Assembly: GCF_022539665.2 (NCBI RefSeq)
Contig: NC_081333.1
Span: forward strand, 12,214,001-12,278,000
Source: Daphnia carinata
Taxonomy: Eukaryota
Length of the DNA: 64,000 bases
Direction: 5' to 3'
In this document: positions 1 to 18,446 of the stretch, in pieces
How the letters are laid out: each line of letters starts with the position of its first letter
Position numbering within the stretch: the first letter of the stretch is position 1
Position numbers and translations under genes: made by a program
The notes under the pieces: model-generated
Databases searched by the model: none
What the model was told of the DNA's origin: nothing
Seen by the model: the letters and a program-made list of their open reading frames with translations, nothing else

Positions 1-356
1 TGGCGTCTTTTTTTTTTTTTTTTTTTTTTTCTTTTCCTTCACGTAATCAGGATGAAAAATGTTGATAAATAAAAAGACGCGGGAATACGGTGGGAAGTAC
101 GGCTGAATTAATGCGATTTGGATCGTTTGTCATCCCAGCTGCTGCACTCGACACTCATAGCACTGGCTTGATACAGATAAGGCAAAGTACCTCGAATGAT
201 TGCTCAAAATATGGTGTCACATGGTGGTGACTGCCGATACGTTCATCTCTAATGCTTCAACGTTGTTGTTGTTTTTTTCTTTTATTACGAGACTTAGCGA
301 ATGACAAAAGATCTAAATGCTTTCCTGTTTTATTTTTCTTTATGTTATTGGTTTAG

Positions 357-7747
<7,391 letters not shown>

Positions 7748-8655
7748 CAACTGACTAACGATACTTGTTGTCACTTGTTTGTCTGTGCCGAGCTCGTCAG
7801 CTGATATTCGGCCATGTATGGTGCGAGTGAAGAGGAGAGCTGAAATAATCGTTCTCCCAGTGTGCCTTTGTTAGAGGAGCTGTTTGGTGAGAGCAGAAAG
7901 GGGAAAAAGACTAGTCTTCCACAGCCCTTTTTTTCTGGGAGATTCTGCACCTTGACTTCACAACATTTTCATCCGCTTTTCCCGAGGCCATTATTGTCGC
8001 TGCTTATTTAGATTTCAAGCCTTGTGAATGTAACTGGGCTCGTTGCTGACCGTTGCGTGTTCAATGAAGTACGGTTTTTATGCCTTTTCTCTCATTTTCA
8101 ATGGCAAAAATAGAGAAACGGTAGGCAACAAAAATTGTCCGGCGAATGGTACTTTATCTCGTGTGTTTGTGTGTGTATCTTCTAGTCTGCTACTCTATAT
8201 CCGACAGGTCCTCATCCATATATAACATTTAAAGAACTCGAGCTGTGTGCGTGTTCGTACGTGTGCGTATTTTATTTTCCTCAAAGGCAATAAATATCTA
8301 CGTTAACTCTAAAATTCCTTCTCTTTATGTGTACCGCATTTTAGTATAAGATTTCCAGCTTTCCGAAACGTACTGTCTAGTACTGAAAGCACTGACTAAG
8401 ATTTCCGAAGCACCGATCCCTTTCGGGGAAAATTGAAAGCCCAAGGCACTCAGTCAAGAAAAAAACCCATCTAACACATCGACAATTATCCATTTTGTAA
8501 TCTCGAATACTGGTTCGTTTTGTTCTCAAGCTCAGTGAAACGCTTCTCAATCCTTTTCAACAGGTAAGTTTTGCTAATCTTCCAATATCAGAAACACCAA
8601 AATAACAAATAATGTTAACATTGACATACCTTTGTATACTTGACATAGTTTATTT

Positions 8656-9253
8656 TCAAACTTTTCCTTTTGAAATCTTTACAACTTGGTCGACTATTGT
8701 TTTAATTTCTGCCATGGCACCTGCTCCTGAATCACCACAGATTAAAGTTTTAGATATGCAAGGTATCTCAATGTAGCCAAATGCTTTCAGCTTGTTAATG
8801 TGCTCCGCTGTAAGTGGGTGATTCCACATGTGTGTGTTCATTGCTGGGCAGAAAAGCAGAGGCTTTGCTAAGTCCCATGCTCGAACTGTACAAGTGAGGA
8901 GGTTGTCACATATGCCCTGTATATAATGCATTGGAATTAGGATTTCAATAAGATAAAACATATCTTACTTGAGCAATTTTTGCAAGGCTGTTGGCATCTA
9001 AAGGTGCTATAATAAAAATATCTGCCCATCTTCTAAGTTCAATATGCAGAACAGGGTCGCCTCTATCTTTCCACACATTCCACTCATCTTCGTCATTCCA
9101 AACTTTGCAGTCTATTATGTCTGTCTTTAGAAAATGCTGTGCAGACTTTGTCGCAATGGTCTGTACTTCAAAGTTATTATTCTTCAGCTGATCCACTAGT
9201 TCATTGACTTTTATTGTGGCCACACTTCCTGTACATCCAATTAGTACTTTCAT
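8656..9253 (-). CDS. PPCDC: Phosphopantothenoylcysteine decarboxylase (flavoprotein, CoA synthesis)
   Basis: Exons 9253-8969 and 8916-8656. Motifs VLIGCTGSVATIK, LHIELRRWAD, APLDANSLAK, GICDNLLTC, PAMNTHMW, LICGDSGAGAMAE. Confidence 0.96.
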
Positions 9254-9258
9254 GACTA

Positions 9259-9519
9259 TTAATTTTTGTTCTCACCAACTAAATCACCAAATCCAAGTTT
9301 GGCCCAGTCTTCCTTAACCATTAACTGTTTTTGCATGCGACAGTCTAGGTAATCTTTTGACACTTCCCGGCACTTGTTATTTTGATTATTATTTTCTCTA
9401 AGGCAAATCATATAACGTAACATAAAGCGTTTGCACTCGCCCTCATGGTCAAGCGGAAAGCTGCCTTTGGCAGGAGGAGTGGGGTTAAATGTTTTTTGGC
9501 CGAAGGTGTTTGAGGCCAT
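9259..9519 (-). CDS. COX19: Cytochrome c oxidase assembly protein COX19 (twin CX9C)
   Basis: Single-exon 86-aa ORF with [15 protein letters not shown], twin CX9C ([22 protein letters not shown]) and C-terminal [12 protein letters not shown]. Confidence 0.95.
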   Translation of the reverse strand: MASNTFGQKTFNPTPPAKGSFPLDHEGECKRFMLRYMICLRENNNQNNKCREVSKDYLDCRMQKQLMVKEDWAKLGFGDLVGENKN

Positions 9520-9779
9520 TTGAAATCTTACTCAAAGTAAGCAAGGACGACGAGCACTTAAATGTGTTGTTCCTTACCGAGACATAATCCACTCGTCCCC
9601 ATAAAGTGATTTAGTCTTGAACAGCCGCGACGCCATCTATGGAGCTTAACATGCGCATCAACCTATTCTTCTGTTTTCTGCGTTTTTTTTTCAAAAACTA
9701 TAGGCCTGGTGCAAAAATAACCTTGATTTTGGTAATCTGCTGTCAATTTTGAATCGAAACTGTATATATTTTACTAAAT

Positions 9780-10957
9780 CAAGAACGTAGCCAAAAATGA
9801 AAAAGTGGGAAGGCCCTCTCACTTTTGGGAGACGGTGTCAAAAATAAAAAAAGTCGGGCTTATTTTGTCGGGCTTATTTTTTAAGCCCGACAAATCGGCC
9901 AAAAATCGAAAGCTCTTGGAATACGTTGAAAGTCACAAAATAAGCGCAGAATTTAATACTGATTCAGAAAAAATGGTTCGTTTTTTCGGCAAATCAACTG
10001 CTTTTGAAATATACCTAATAAATAAGATGTAGAACATCAGCAGCGGAACGTGCTAGCGCACTACTTTGTTCATCCGTTTTTTACATTTATATTTTAAACA
10101 ACAAGTTTTACGTAAAAATAAAGTCGATATTCGTGATGCTCGTTCAATTTAGAATAGAAACCATGTATCCTAAACGATATCCAGATTTTAGCAAAAAATG
10201 AAAAAGTGGGAAGGCTGCAGCATTCTCACTTTTGTCAAAATCAGCAAGAAATCAATATCTCTTGGAATACGTTAATAATCACACAATATACTCAGAATTT
10301 AATGCTGATGCAGGAAAGGCGATTCTTTTTTTTCGCCAAATGAATTGCGTTTAAAATACACTGAATAAACATGACGTAGAACGCTAGCGCTGTAGCGGGC
10401 TAGCGCAACCACTTTGTTAATCCGTTTTTTACGTTTATTTATAAAATCATAAGTTTCACTTAAAAATAAAAGCGATAATCGTGATTCTCGTCCAATTTAG
10501 AATAGAAAACATGGATCTTAAACGATATCTAGATTTTTGCCAAAAATGAAAAAGTGGGAAGGCCTTCTCATTTTGTCAAAATCAGCCAAAAATCGAAATC
10601 TCATGGAATACGCTAAAAATCATATAGTAATACTCATAATTTAATGCTGATTCAGGAATAGTGATTCGTTTTTTCTTCAAATCAATTGCTTATGAAATAC
10701 ACTGAATAAAGATGAGGTGGAACTTACCGTTGTATCGGGCTAGCGCAACAACTTTGTTAACCTGTTTTTTACATTTATTTTAAAAGCCACAAGTTTCCCA
10801 TAAAAATAAAATCGATATTCGTGATGCTCGTTCAGCTTAGAACAGAAACCATGCATTTATAACGATATCTAAATTTCTACCAAAAATGAAAAAATGGGAA
10901 GGCTATATAGCCTTCTCACTTTTCTCAAAATTAGCGAAAAATCAATATCTCTTGGAA
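9780..10957. repeat. Tandem array of about 3.3 diverged ~345-bp units
   Basis: The anchor (g/a)c(c/a)aaaaatgaaaaa(g/a)tgggaagg recurs at 9790, 10191, 10539 and 10879. Internal blocks such as aatttaat(a/g)ctgat, ctagcgca, actttgtt and cgtgat(g/t)ctcgt recur in register. The first unit carries an extra ~55-bp segment with gtcgggct repeats. Confidence 0.92.
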
Positions 10958-11211
10958 AATTTTAGATTTCGCTTTAAATACATGTTTTCGATGCAGAATT
11001 GAACGGGCTTCACAAATATGAGGGTTGTTTTCTCGTGGGACTCATAGGTTTTGAATAAAACGTAAAAAAACGGTAAAAACTGGGTTAAAAAATAAGCCCG
11101 GGCTTATATTGCCGGGCTTAAAATTTTTTCCTATTAAAAAATTATAGCATTAAATCTAGATAAAAGATAACTATAGAATATAGATGATTCTGATTCAAGA
11201 TTAACCAAGGA

Positions 11212-13392
11212 ACACTTCTTTTTTTCCGACACGTAGCCATCTACCGCTCAGATTCGTTATTACTGGCGTAGGCAATTTCAGTCCATTGGATGCCATTCGC
11301 AGTTAGTTCAGTAGCGTGGATGGAGAATAACGCGTGGCTGGAGGAACAATTGAAAAATGGATAATATAATACAACAAAAGGATGGTAAGTATAAACATTA
11401 TTATATTGGTTTTCAATTATTAATTATTGTTTATTAGATCAAATTATGTAGCTGCAGGCCCAATTATTGGAACAACACAAAATATTAGATAACAGCAAAG
11501 CTAAGGATGGTAAGGCCTAATACGTAATGATTCTATTTATTTGCTTTTATTCATTTGTGTTTTGTAGCTCAAATTTTAAGTCTACAAGCTCAGCTAGGGG
11601 AAAAGAACAAATTGGAACGGAACAGTTTCCAAACAGTGAAAGAGGTTTTTCCAAACTCATCCCTAACTGAACATGAGGATGAATTGGCATTAGGCGAACA
11701 CAGTCAGGTACCTAAACTTTTCAAATAAGAATTCAAAATAAGTATAGAATTTTAACAAACAATTATTTATTGTTTAGTTATTCAGTCTACCACCTGACAG
11801 TGTGTTAAAGTTAAATTCTGTTAGTGCTGCACTAAAAGAATTGTTAGTAATAAGTCCATGCAGCGAAGGAAGTGAACATTTGTGGGACCGTATTTGGGCT
11901 GAAAATGGGTGAGGTACGAAAAGCCAGAAATAGCACAAGTTCAACATAAAACATGAATTAGGTACTTTTCGGTTTTTTGTCTATCGAAAAAGTATTTTTA
12001 ATGCTATTATTTTGCATTCACAGAATTTTAGCAGGGGATCAAGTCAAGTCTGGAAGTGTTACAGGATGGAAGAGTGAGCCTACAATTGAAAAACACTGAA
12101 AGTGCATTACCATTAAGGTATGAGGTAAAGTAATAGAGTATGCAAATTGTCTAATGAGAAGTACCATCTTGTGTGAATGAATCCTGTGTAACAGCAATCC
12201 TTTATAGTTCTGTCACAGCTAGAAGCCTCAAATAATTCTGCTTCTCTTTCTAAAGAACAACTTGTCCTTTACGTTCAGAGTGTTGGTGAAGCTGGGTACT
12301 TAAATGGCCCTAAAGATGTTTCATTTCGTTGGCATTGCAGCGATGAACATCATGCATGGACTCTTTAGGTATGAAAGGAATTTTCTTGAAAATTTTTTGA
12401 ATTTATGACAAAGCATTTCTCCTGCTTTTTGCCAACCATGTCTAATCTAAAAAAAAAAAATTATCCAATAGGAAAGAATTTTCAGCATACTGGGAACACA
12501 ATTATCAACAAGGCAACATTCAAGGGGTGCTATTTTATCATTCAAGAGCCTTATACAATGATTTTCATCTGCGATTTGTATGGACTTTCCCAAGCTTCTG
12601 CCAGAAGTTGAATCTATAAGTCATGTAAGTCACATGACCAACAATTGAGATGCTTAATGGTGTTGTTTTTCTTTTCTCAGCATAGGTTAATAGTAACATT
12701 GGATCTGAAAAGATTCTTGGTTGGGGCAAGACACTGAATAAATTGTAATGATTGAATGGATGACATGACATTTCTATACTTAATTTGGATTCCCTTGACG
12801 GTATTTTATATTTAAAAAATTGAAGTGCATATCTGGGCTCCCTTCCTTTCCGTAGCCCCGTTTCCCCTTGACTCGTAATAAGCCCGTAGGGGGTCATGCC
12901 CCTACTGTACGGTATATATAAAAACAACATATACCGAGGTTTGGAGGGCTCTGGCCGGAAAGGGGACGTGGGGGTCCGCTTAGTCCGATGATGTGTTCAC
13001 GGAGGGCGACGTGGCAACCCACAAATCCGAACTAAAGGTTAATCGCTCCTGTAAAAATGTTCCAAATCTTCAGCTCTTCTTCCGGCTTCTCTTAGCCAAT
13101 CACCGGGTAATCTCCCCGGTGGGTCAACAAGGCAGTGTCTCCCCCTGCCTGGGTTGACGGCAACTTTTGAAAGGGCTATTGTGTCTTTTTAAAGTTGCAA
13201 AAATAATTGTAATGTGCAGAGAATTGTCAATAAAAATTTTTTTATAAAATATTTTTTACAAAATTTGTTTCTTTCATTGTCTGTGTTAGGTGTGTTCACA
13301 CATTACATTTATCAACTTTTTTTTTTTTACTTTGCTTTATTTGTTTTTGTCACCTTTGACGGTAAGCATTGTTTCCATTTGTTTATCGTTTA
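11212..13392 (+). repeat. Left arm of a ~4.5-kb inverted repeat
   Basis: Reverse-complement match to 13883-15676 along its length. Examples: gtagccatctaccg (11234) vs cggtagatggctac (15638); agcccgtagggggtcatgcccctactgtacgg (~12881) vs ~14366-14397; gtcacctttga (13349) vs tcaaaggtgac (13916). Confidence 0.95.
11357..13192 (+). pseudogene. Decayed multi-exon gene of unknown function in the left arm (mirrored on the minus strand in the right arm); possibly transposon-derived
   Basis: ATG at 11357, then regular short GT-AG introns (gatg|gtaagt 11384, ttag|atc ~11438, gatg|gtaagg ~11510, gtag|ctc ~11568, tcag|gtacc ~11707). Exon peptides such as QILSLQAQLGEKNKLE, LLVISPCSEGSEHLWDRIWAENG and VATHKSELKVNRSCKNVP are interrupted by in-frame stops. 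Confidence 0.6.
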
Positions 13393-13443
13393 TATATATT
13401 TAGGATATTTTTTTAAGTAATTTTGTATTTTGTATTTTATTTT

Positions 13444-13515
13444 ACTCGTATGGGAACCGATCCCCAGATATTCAGCGTGCAACGCCGACGCTCTAACATT
13501 GAGCCACGAGATATA
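13444..13515 (-). pseudogene. tRNA-like unit (degenerate; TGC at the anticodon position)
   Basis: Minus strand reads ctcgtggctcaatgttagagcg-tcggc-gttgcac-gctga-atatc-tgggg-atcggtt-ccca-tacgag. This gives an A-box/D-arm, a paired anticodon stem and a degenerate T-arm. Confidence 0.6.
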
Positions 13516-13609
13516 TATAAATATCTTATTATCGCATATCATATGTTATCGTCTAGGATGTTTATGCAGTCTTTCACAACTATATGTTTATCTTTCTACT
13601 ATTTTCATA

Positions 13610-13680
13610 AGGTTCATAGCTCTGTGGTAGAGCCTTTAGCTGCGATACCTGTTACCCTGGTTTCAAACCTCAGTAGATGT
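13610..13680 (+). pseudogene. tRNA-like unit (degenerate)
   Basis: tagctctgtggtagagc (A-box/D-arm) followed at tRNA spacing by ctggtttcaaacctcag (B-box-like). Confidence 0.5.
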
Positions 13681-13796
13681 GTAAAAATGAAGTAGAATAG
13701 ATGTAGAAGATTATATTGCAGAATCGCATTTCAGTTTTAGTCTAAGTGTAAATGCAAGTCCACAAGTAACTAGAAAAAAGCCAACTTGACATCACA

Positions 13797-13868
13797 TGAT
13801 TCATGGCTCATTGGTAGAGCATCGTCGTGGTATGGCGAACATCCAGGGTTCGATCCCTGGAAATTAAT
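13797..13868 (+). pseudogene. tRNA-like unit with near-consensus A and B boxes (GGT at the anticodon position; poor acceptor stem)
   Basis: tggctcattggtagagca-tcgtc-gtggtat-ggcga-acatc-cagggttcgatccctgg. Confidence 0.68.
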
Positions 13869-13882
13869 AGAATGCTTACAGA

Positions 13883-15676
13883 TAAACGATAAACCAATGG
13901 AAACAATGCTTACCATCAAAGGTGACAGAAACAAATAAAGCAAAGTAAAAAAAAAAAAAAAGTCGATAAATTTAATGTGTGAACACACCTAACACAGACA
14001 ATGAAAGAAACAAATTTTGCAAAAAATATTTTATAAAAAAATTTTATTGACAATTCTCTGCACATTACAATTATTTTTGCAACTTTAAAAAGGCACAATA
14101 GCCCTTTCAAAAGTTGCCGTCAACCAAGGCAGGGGGAGACACTGCATTGGTTGACCCACCGGGGAGATTACCCGGTGATTGGCTAAGAGAAGCCGGAAGA
14201 AGAGCCGAAGAAATGGAACATTTTTACAGGAGCGATTAACCTTTAATTCGGATTTGTGGGTAGCCACACAGCCCTCCATGAACACTTCATCGAACCATGC
14301 GGACACCCACGTCCCCTTTCCGGCCAGAGCCCTCCAAACCTCGGTATATGTTGTTTTTATATATACCGTACAGTAGGGGCATGACCCCCTACGGGCTTAT
14401 TATGAGTCAAGGGGAAACGGGGCTACAGAAAAGAAGGGAGCCCAGAAATGCACTTCAATTTTTTTTATATCAAATACCGTCTGGGGAATCCGAATTAAGT
14501 ATAGAAATGTCATGTCATCCATCCAATCAATACAATTTATTCAGTGTCCAACCAAGAATCTTTTCAGATCCAATGTTACTATTAACCTATATTGGGAAAA
14601 GAAAAACAACACCATTAAGCATATCAATTGGTGCTCATGTAACTTACATGACTCATAGATTCAACTTCTGGTGGAAGCTTGGGAAAGGACATACAAATTG
14701 CAGATTAACATCATTGTATAAGGATCTTGAATGATAAACTAGCACCCGTAGAATGTTGCATTGTTGTGTTCCCAGTATATGAAAATCCTTTCCTATTGGA
14801 TTAATTTTTTTTTGTAGATTAGACCTGGTTGGCAAAAAGGAAGAGAAACTCTTCGTCATAAATTCAAAATTATTTGAAGGAAATTCCTTTCATACCTAAA
14901 GAGTCCATGTATGATGTTCATCTCTGCAACAATAGCAAAATTAAAACATCTTTAGGGCCATTTAAGTACCCAGTTTCACCAACACTGTGAACATAAAGGA
15001 CAAGTTGTTCAGCCAGAGAAGCAGAATTATTTGAGGCTTCTAGCTGTGACAGAACTATAAAGGATTGCTGTTGTACAGATTCATTAACACAAGATGGTAC
15101 TTCTCATTAGACAATTTGCATTACTCTATTACTTTACCTCACACCTTAACGGTAATGTAATCTCAGTGTTTTTTCAACTACAGGCTGACTCTTCCATCCT
15201 GTAACACTTCCAGACTTGACTTGATCCCCTGCTAAAATTCTGTGAATGCAAAATAATAGCATTAAAAATACTTTTTCGATAGACAAAGAACCGGGAAGTA
15301 CCTAATCCATGTTTTAGGTTGAACTCGTGCCATTTCTGGGTTTCCGTACCACACCCATTTTTGGCCCAAATACGGTCCCACAATTGTTCAGTTCCATCGC
15401 TGCATGGACTGATTACGAACAATAATTGAGCCTGCAGGTTCATAATTAGAGCTAAAAAACTAAATAATTGAAAACTAATATAATAATCTTTGTACTTACC
15501 ATCCTTATCTTTTATTATCTTATCCATTTTAACATATTTTTCTCCAGCCACGCGTTTTTCTCCAGCCACGCTACTCGACTAACTGACAATGGGATCCAAT
15601 GGACTCAAATTGACATGCCGGTAATAACGATTCTGACCGGTAGATGGCTACGGGTCGAAAAAAAAAGAAAAAGTGT
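13883..15676 (-). repeat. Right arm of the inverted repeat; lacks ~375 bp that is present in the left arm
   Basis: Inverted copy of 11212-13392. On the minus strand ctgcaggctcaattattg joins directly to ttcgtaatcagtccatgcagcga, skipping left-arm ~11470-11843. Confidence 0.93.
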
Positions 15677-16297
15677 GATTTTTTTTTTTTTTTTGGCGAA
15701 ATTTTTTTTTTTTGTTGTGTAAAATTGATTGGCATAGTATTCTAGATAAAATAATTTATCAAGTAATCGAAATTTTCATTCTTGAATTTGGATCTGTCTT
15801 GAACATATAATGCCATCTATTGTCCAAGTTATGAAAACCGCACTTGTGGTTGTCAAGTTGTCCAACTTACCGTGTAACTTAAATGTGTAAACTTCCATGG
15901 GAATGAGGCCCTCCAATAATCATAAAAAAGTTTTGTAATTTATTTTTTACAGCTTATCTACAATTGACAACAAATCTAAATCCTTATATTTTTCATTTAT
16001 TTATTCATTATGTGGCGTTAACATCGCAATTGATGATCATTTATTCATTTTCTTCATTATTCCCATCCGTGTCTATAAATTATTCGTAGCAATTTTCTTA
16101 TACAATAAAAAAACAAACGTGAAAAACAAAACCTCTTGAACGCCTCGCCTACAACTTTTAAAATGTACAAATTCCATGAACAGCATAGCCAAAAGCCCTG
16201 CGGGACTAGTCAACCTATTTTTTATTCATTTCTGTACAAACTTTCGTTTCAGATAACACGCACACTTGTTTGCTCCCGGATAACTCCCATTGGAAAC

Positions 16298-17306
16298 ATG
16301 TTGGTAACGTATGTTGATCATAGTTTCGTATGCTTGCAAAAATTGTAAACGACTTAATTCTACGGGCATAGACTTTTAACTTATAAGAAAAGCTAAGTAC
16401 TTTTAGCGCCTTCTTGAAGCTATAAATTATGAAGTGAACGTATTCTGAAGTTATTGCTCCGTTGCATTCAAGGCAAGAAACACGAATCTTTTGCGTCGGT
16501 TGGTCTTACCTTTCCAAGGTCGACGGAACCAGCATACTGAAAGTGTGGTTACAACAACAAAAATTTACGAGTTACGTACCTACGCTATATCGCCACAACA
16601 CATTAAAGATTTTTTGAGTTTGACATCAGAGGAGTTCCACCTGAGAACTTCACAGTCCAAACTTATTGGTTACTGGACAAGTGAGCTAGGTGGACTTAAT
16701 GAAGTTGTGCACATTTGGGAATATGGTAAACAAACCTTAAATTAATTATCACCTGACGGTATTTTTTGTAGTTTGATTAACCGCCAGAAAGATGTATTTT
16801 ACAGACAGCTTGGAACATCGTGCCCAAGTACGCGCAAATTTGGCCGGAAATACTGAATGGATTCAGCGCTATTTTGCCAAAATATTACCTTGGATGAGCG
16901 GACAGCAAAACTCGGTGATATCAGTGATACCTGGAATTCCACTTAGCAACTCCATAGAGAAAGGGGTGTATCAACTTCAGGCCTTCACGGCCAGTTCAGA
17001 TTTTTCGCCAAACGCACCACCATCTATTTTTAAGGGTAACAAGAGCGATCATCTCATTGGAGCTTTCAAGACCCTACACGGAAATCTGAATTCGTCGATT
17101 TTGCTTTGGAAGCACAGTTCACTTACAGCGGCAACCAACTTGGTCTCTGAACAAATGAAGAGTAATTGTTTTATCGCAATTTTTAAATTAATACCTTTTA
17201 AGGGAAAGCCTTTTTTTGTTCTGCTTCCACAGGTGATGACTGGAAGCACATTTGCAGTGGATATTCTAAAATTTTGGTGCCTCATAAAGTGTCCCCATTA
17301 CAATAA
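16298..17306 (+). CDS. NIPSNAP3: NipSnap family protein (NIPSNAP3-like), probably mitochondrial
   Basis: Exons 16298-16303, 16473-16725, 16805-17161, 17233-17306. Arg-rich N-terminus MLARNTNLLRRLV; motifs IYELRTY, LIGYWTSELGGLNEVVHIWEYDSLEHRAQVR; C-terminal SPLQ-stop. Confidence 0.9.
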
Positions 17307-17499
17307 TGATGCTGTAGATAACCTCTGTTACAGTATCATTCATGTAAGACATCAGGTTTACAGAATTTTCAAATACAAGGAGAAACTCTCCCTAGATGAA
17401 TAATGGGATATTCTTTTCTAATTTTTATTTACACCCGATTCTTCAATGAAGATCCGTAGCAATCTCAAATTCTTAACACTACTATATTTTTCTCAGTGT

Positions 17500-17875
17500 T
17501 TATGAGTTGATGGGATCCACTTTAGGTTCAGGGAAGTTGAAGGTGGGAAACTTGGTCATGTCAGTCCCGTCAGCTCCACCGTAAACACGGCGAACTCTGT
17601 CTAACTCAGCTGTTATCTCTTTCTGGATAGTCGGAGATGGGTCAACCATTTTTCCTCCCGCAGCTCTAGAAAGTCTCTGATTAAAAACTGGTTGCAATTG
17701 TAAAAGTATTTGGTATTGGTACATACTTGCTCTTAACTTTGTACTCATTCAGCTTATCCAAAAACAATTTTTGAATGGGATCAACTGCTTTGTTAGCAGC
17801 AACTGCAGATACTCCAAACTGTCTTTGAAGGATAGTTCCCTGACGAACGGCTAACCGGGTGCGAGTAGCAAGCAT
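17500..17875 (-). CDS. ATP5PF: Mitochondrial ATP synthase coupling factor 6
   Basis: Exons 17875-17727 and 17665-17500. Motifs DPIQKLFLDKLNEYK and YGGADGTDMTKFPTFNFPEPKVDPIN; N-terminal targeting-like peptide. Confidence 0.96.
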
Positions 17876-18446
17876 TTTGATGACCTGAAAGTTAAGATTA
17901 TACTATATTATATGAACAGCTTACTAACTGGACGATAACCCTGTGGAAATCGTGGTAACAGGGTTATTTGCTAATGCGATACACATTTTTCCACGTATAA
18001 GAACGGACATATTTACCTACGCGATCGGCTTAAGACGAATCCAATATGTCTACCGTCGTCTACTTTCCTCCTACACCAACGAGCGCACCAACGCCAACAC
18101 TAGTACATAACAAACTGAAGTCCCTAAACACACACGAGCTTTAAAATTCCCATACCGAAAAAAAGTAAATTTCGATAGAGAATAAGCTTTATGCCTGTGT
18201 CAATTTTAAAAACGAAAGCTTCTTAAAAATAATACCTAATTTATAAAGTAGTACGCAAATTTAGGATACTTATGTATTGTGTTTACCTGTTTACTGTTCG
18301 ATGGTACCCTCTCAGATACTAGCAGTCGCTCGTGAGTCGTGAATTCGTGAGTCTAATGAAAAGTTGACGACGTGTAGATCAGTTTATTGATGCTTATTCG
18401 TCAGTTTTTAGTACCTAAAAAAAGTTTCAATAGAACAATATCCGCC

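Noticed and set aside
9780..10957. CRISPR-like array
   Set aside because: Entire ~345-bp units are homologous with no unique spacers, and the context is eukaryotic.
13444..13868. Functional tRNA genes
   Set aside because: Acceptor stems are poor, G sits at the position normally occupied by pyrimidine 32, and two of three B boxes are degenerate. Called tRNA-like only.
12565..14734. Paired ORFs 12565-12930 (-) and 14297-14734 (+) as real proteins
   Set aside because: Their similarity simply reflects the inverted repeat. Splice signals favour the opposite strand, and no recognisable domain is present.
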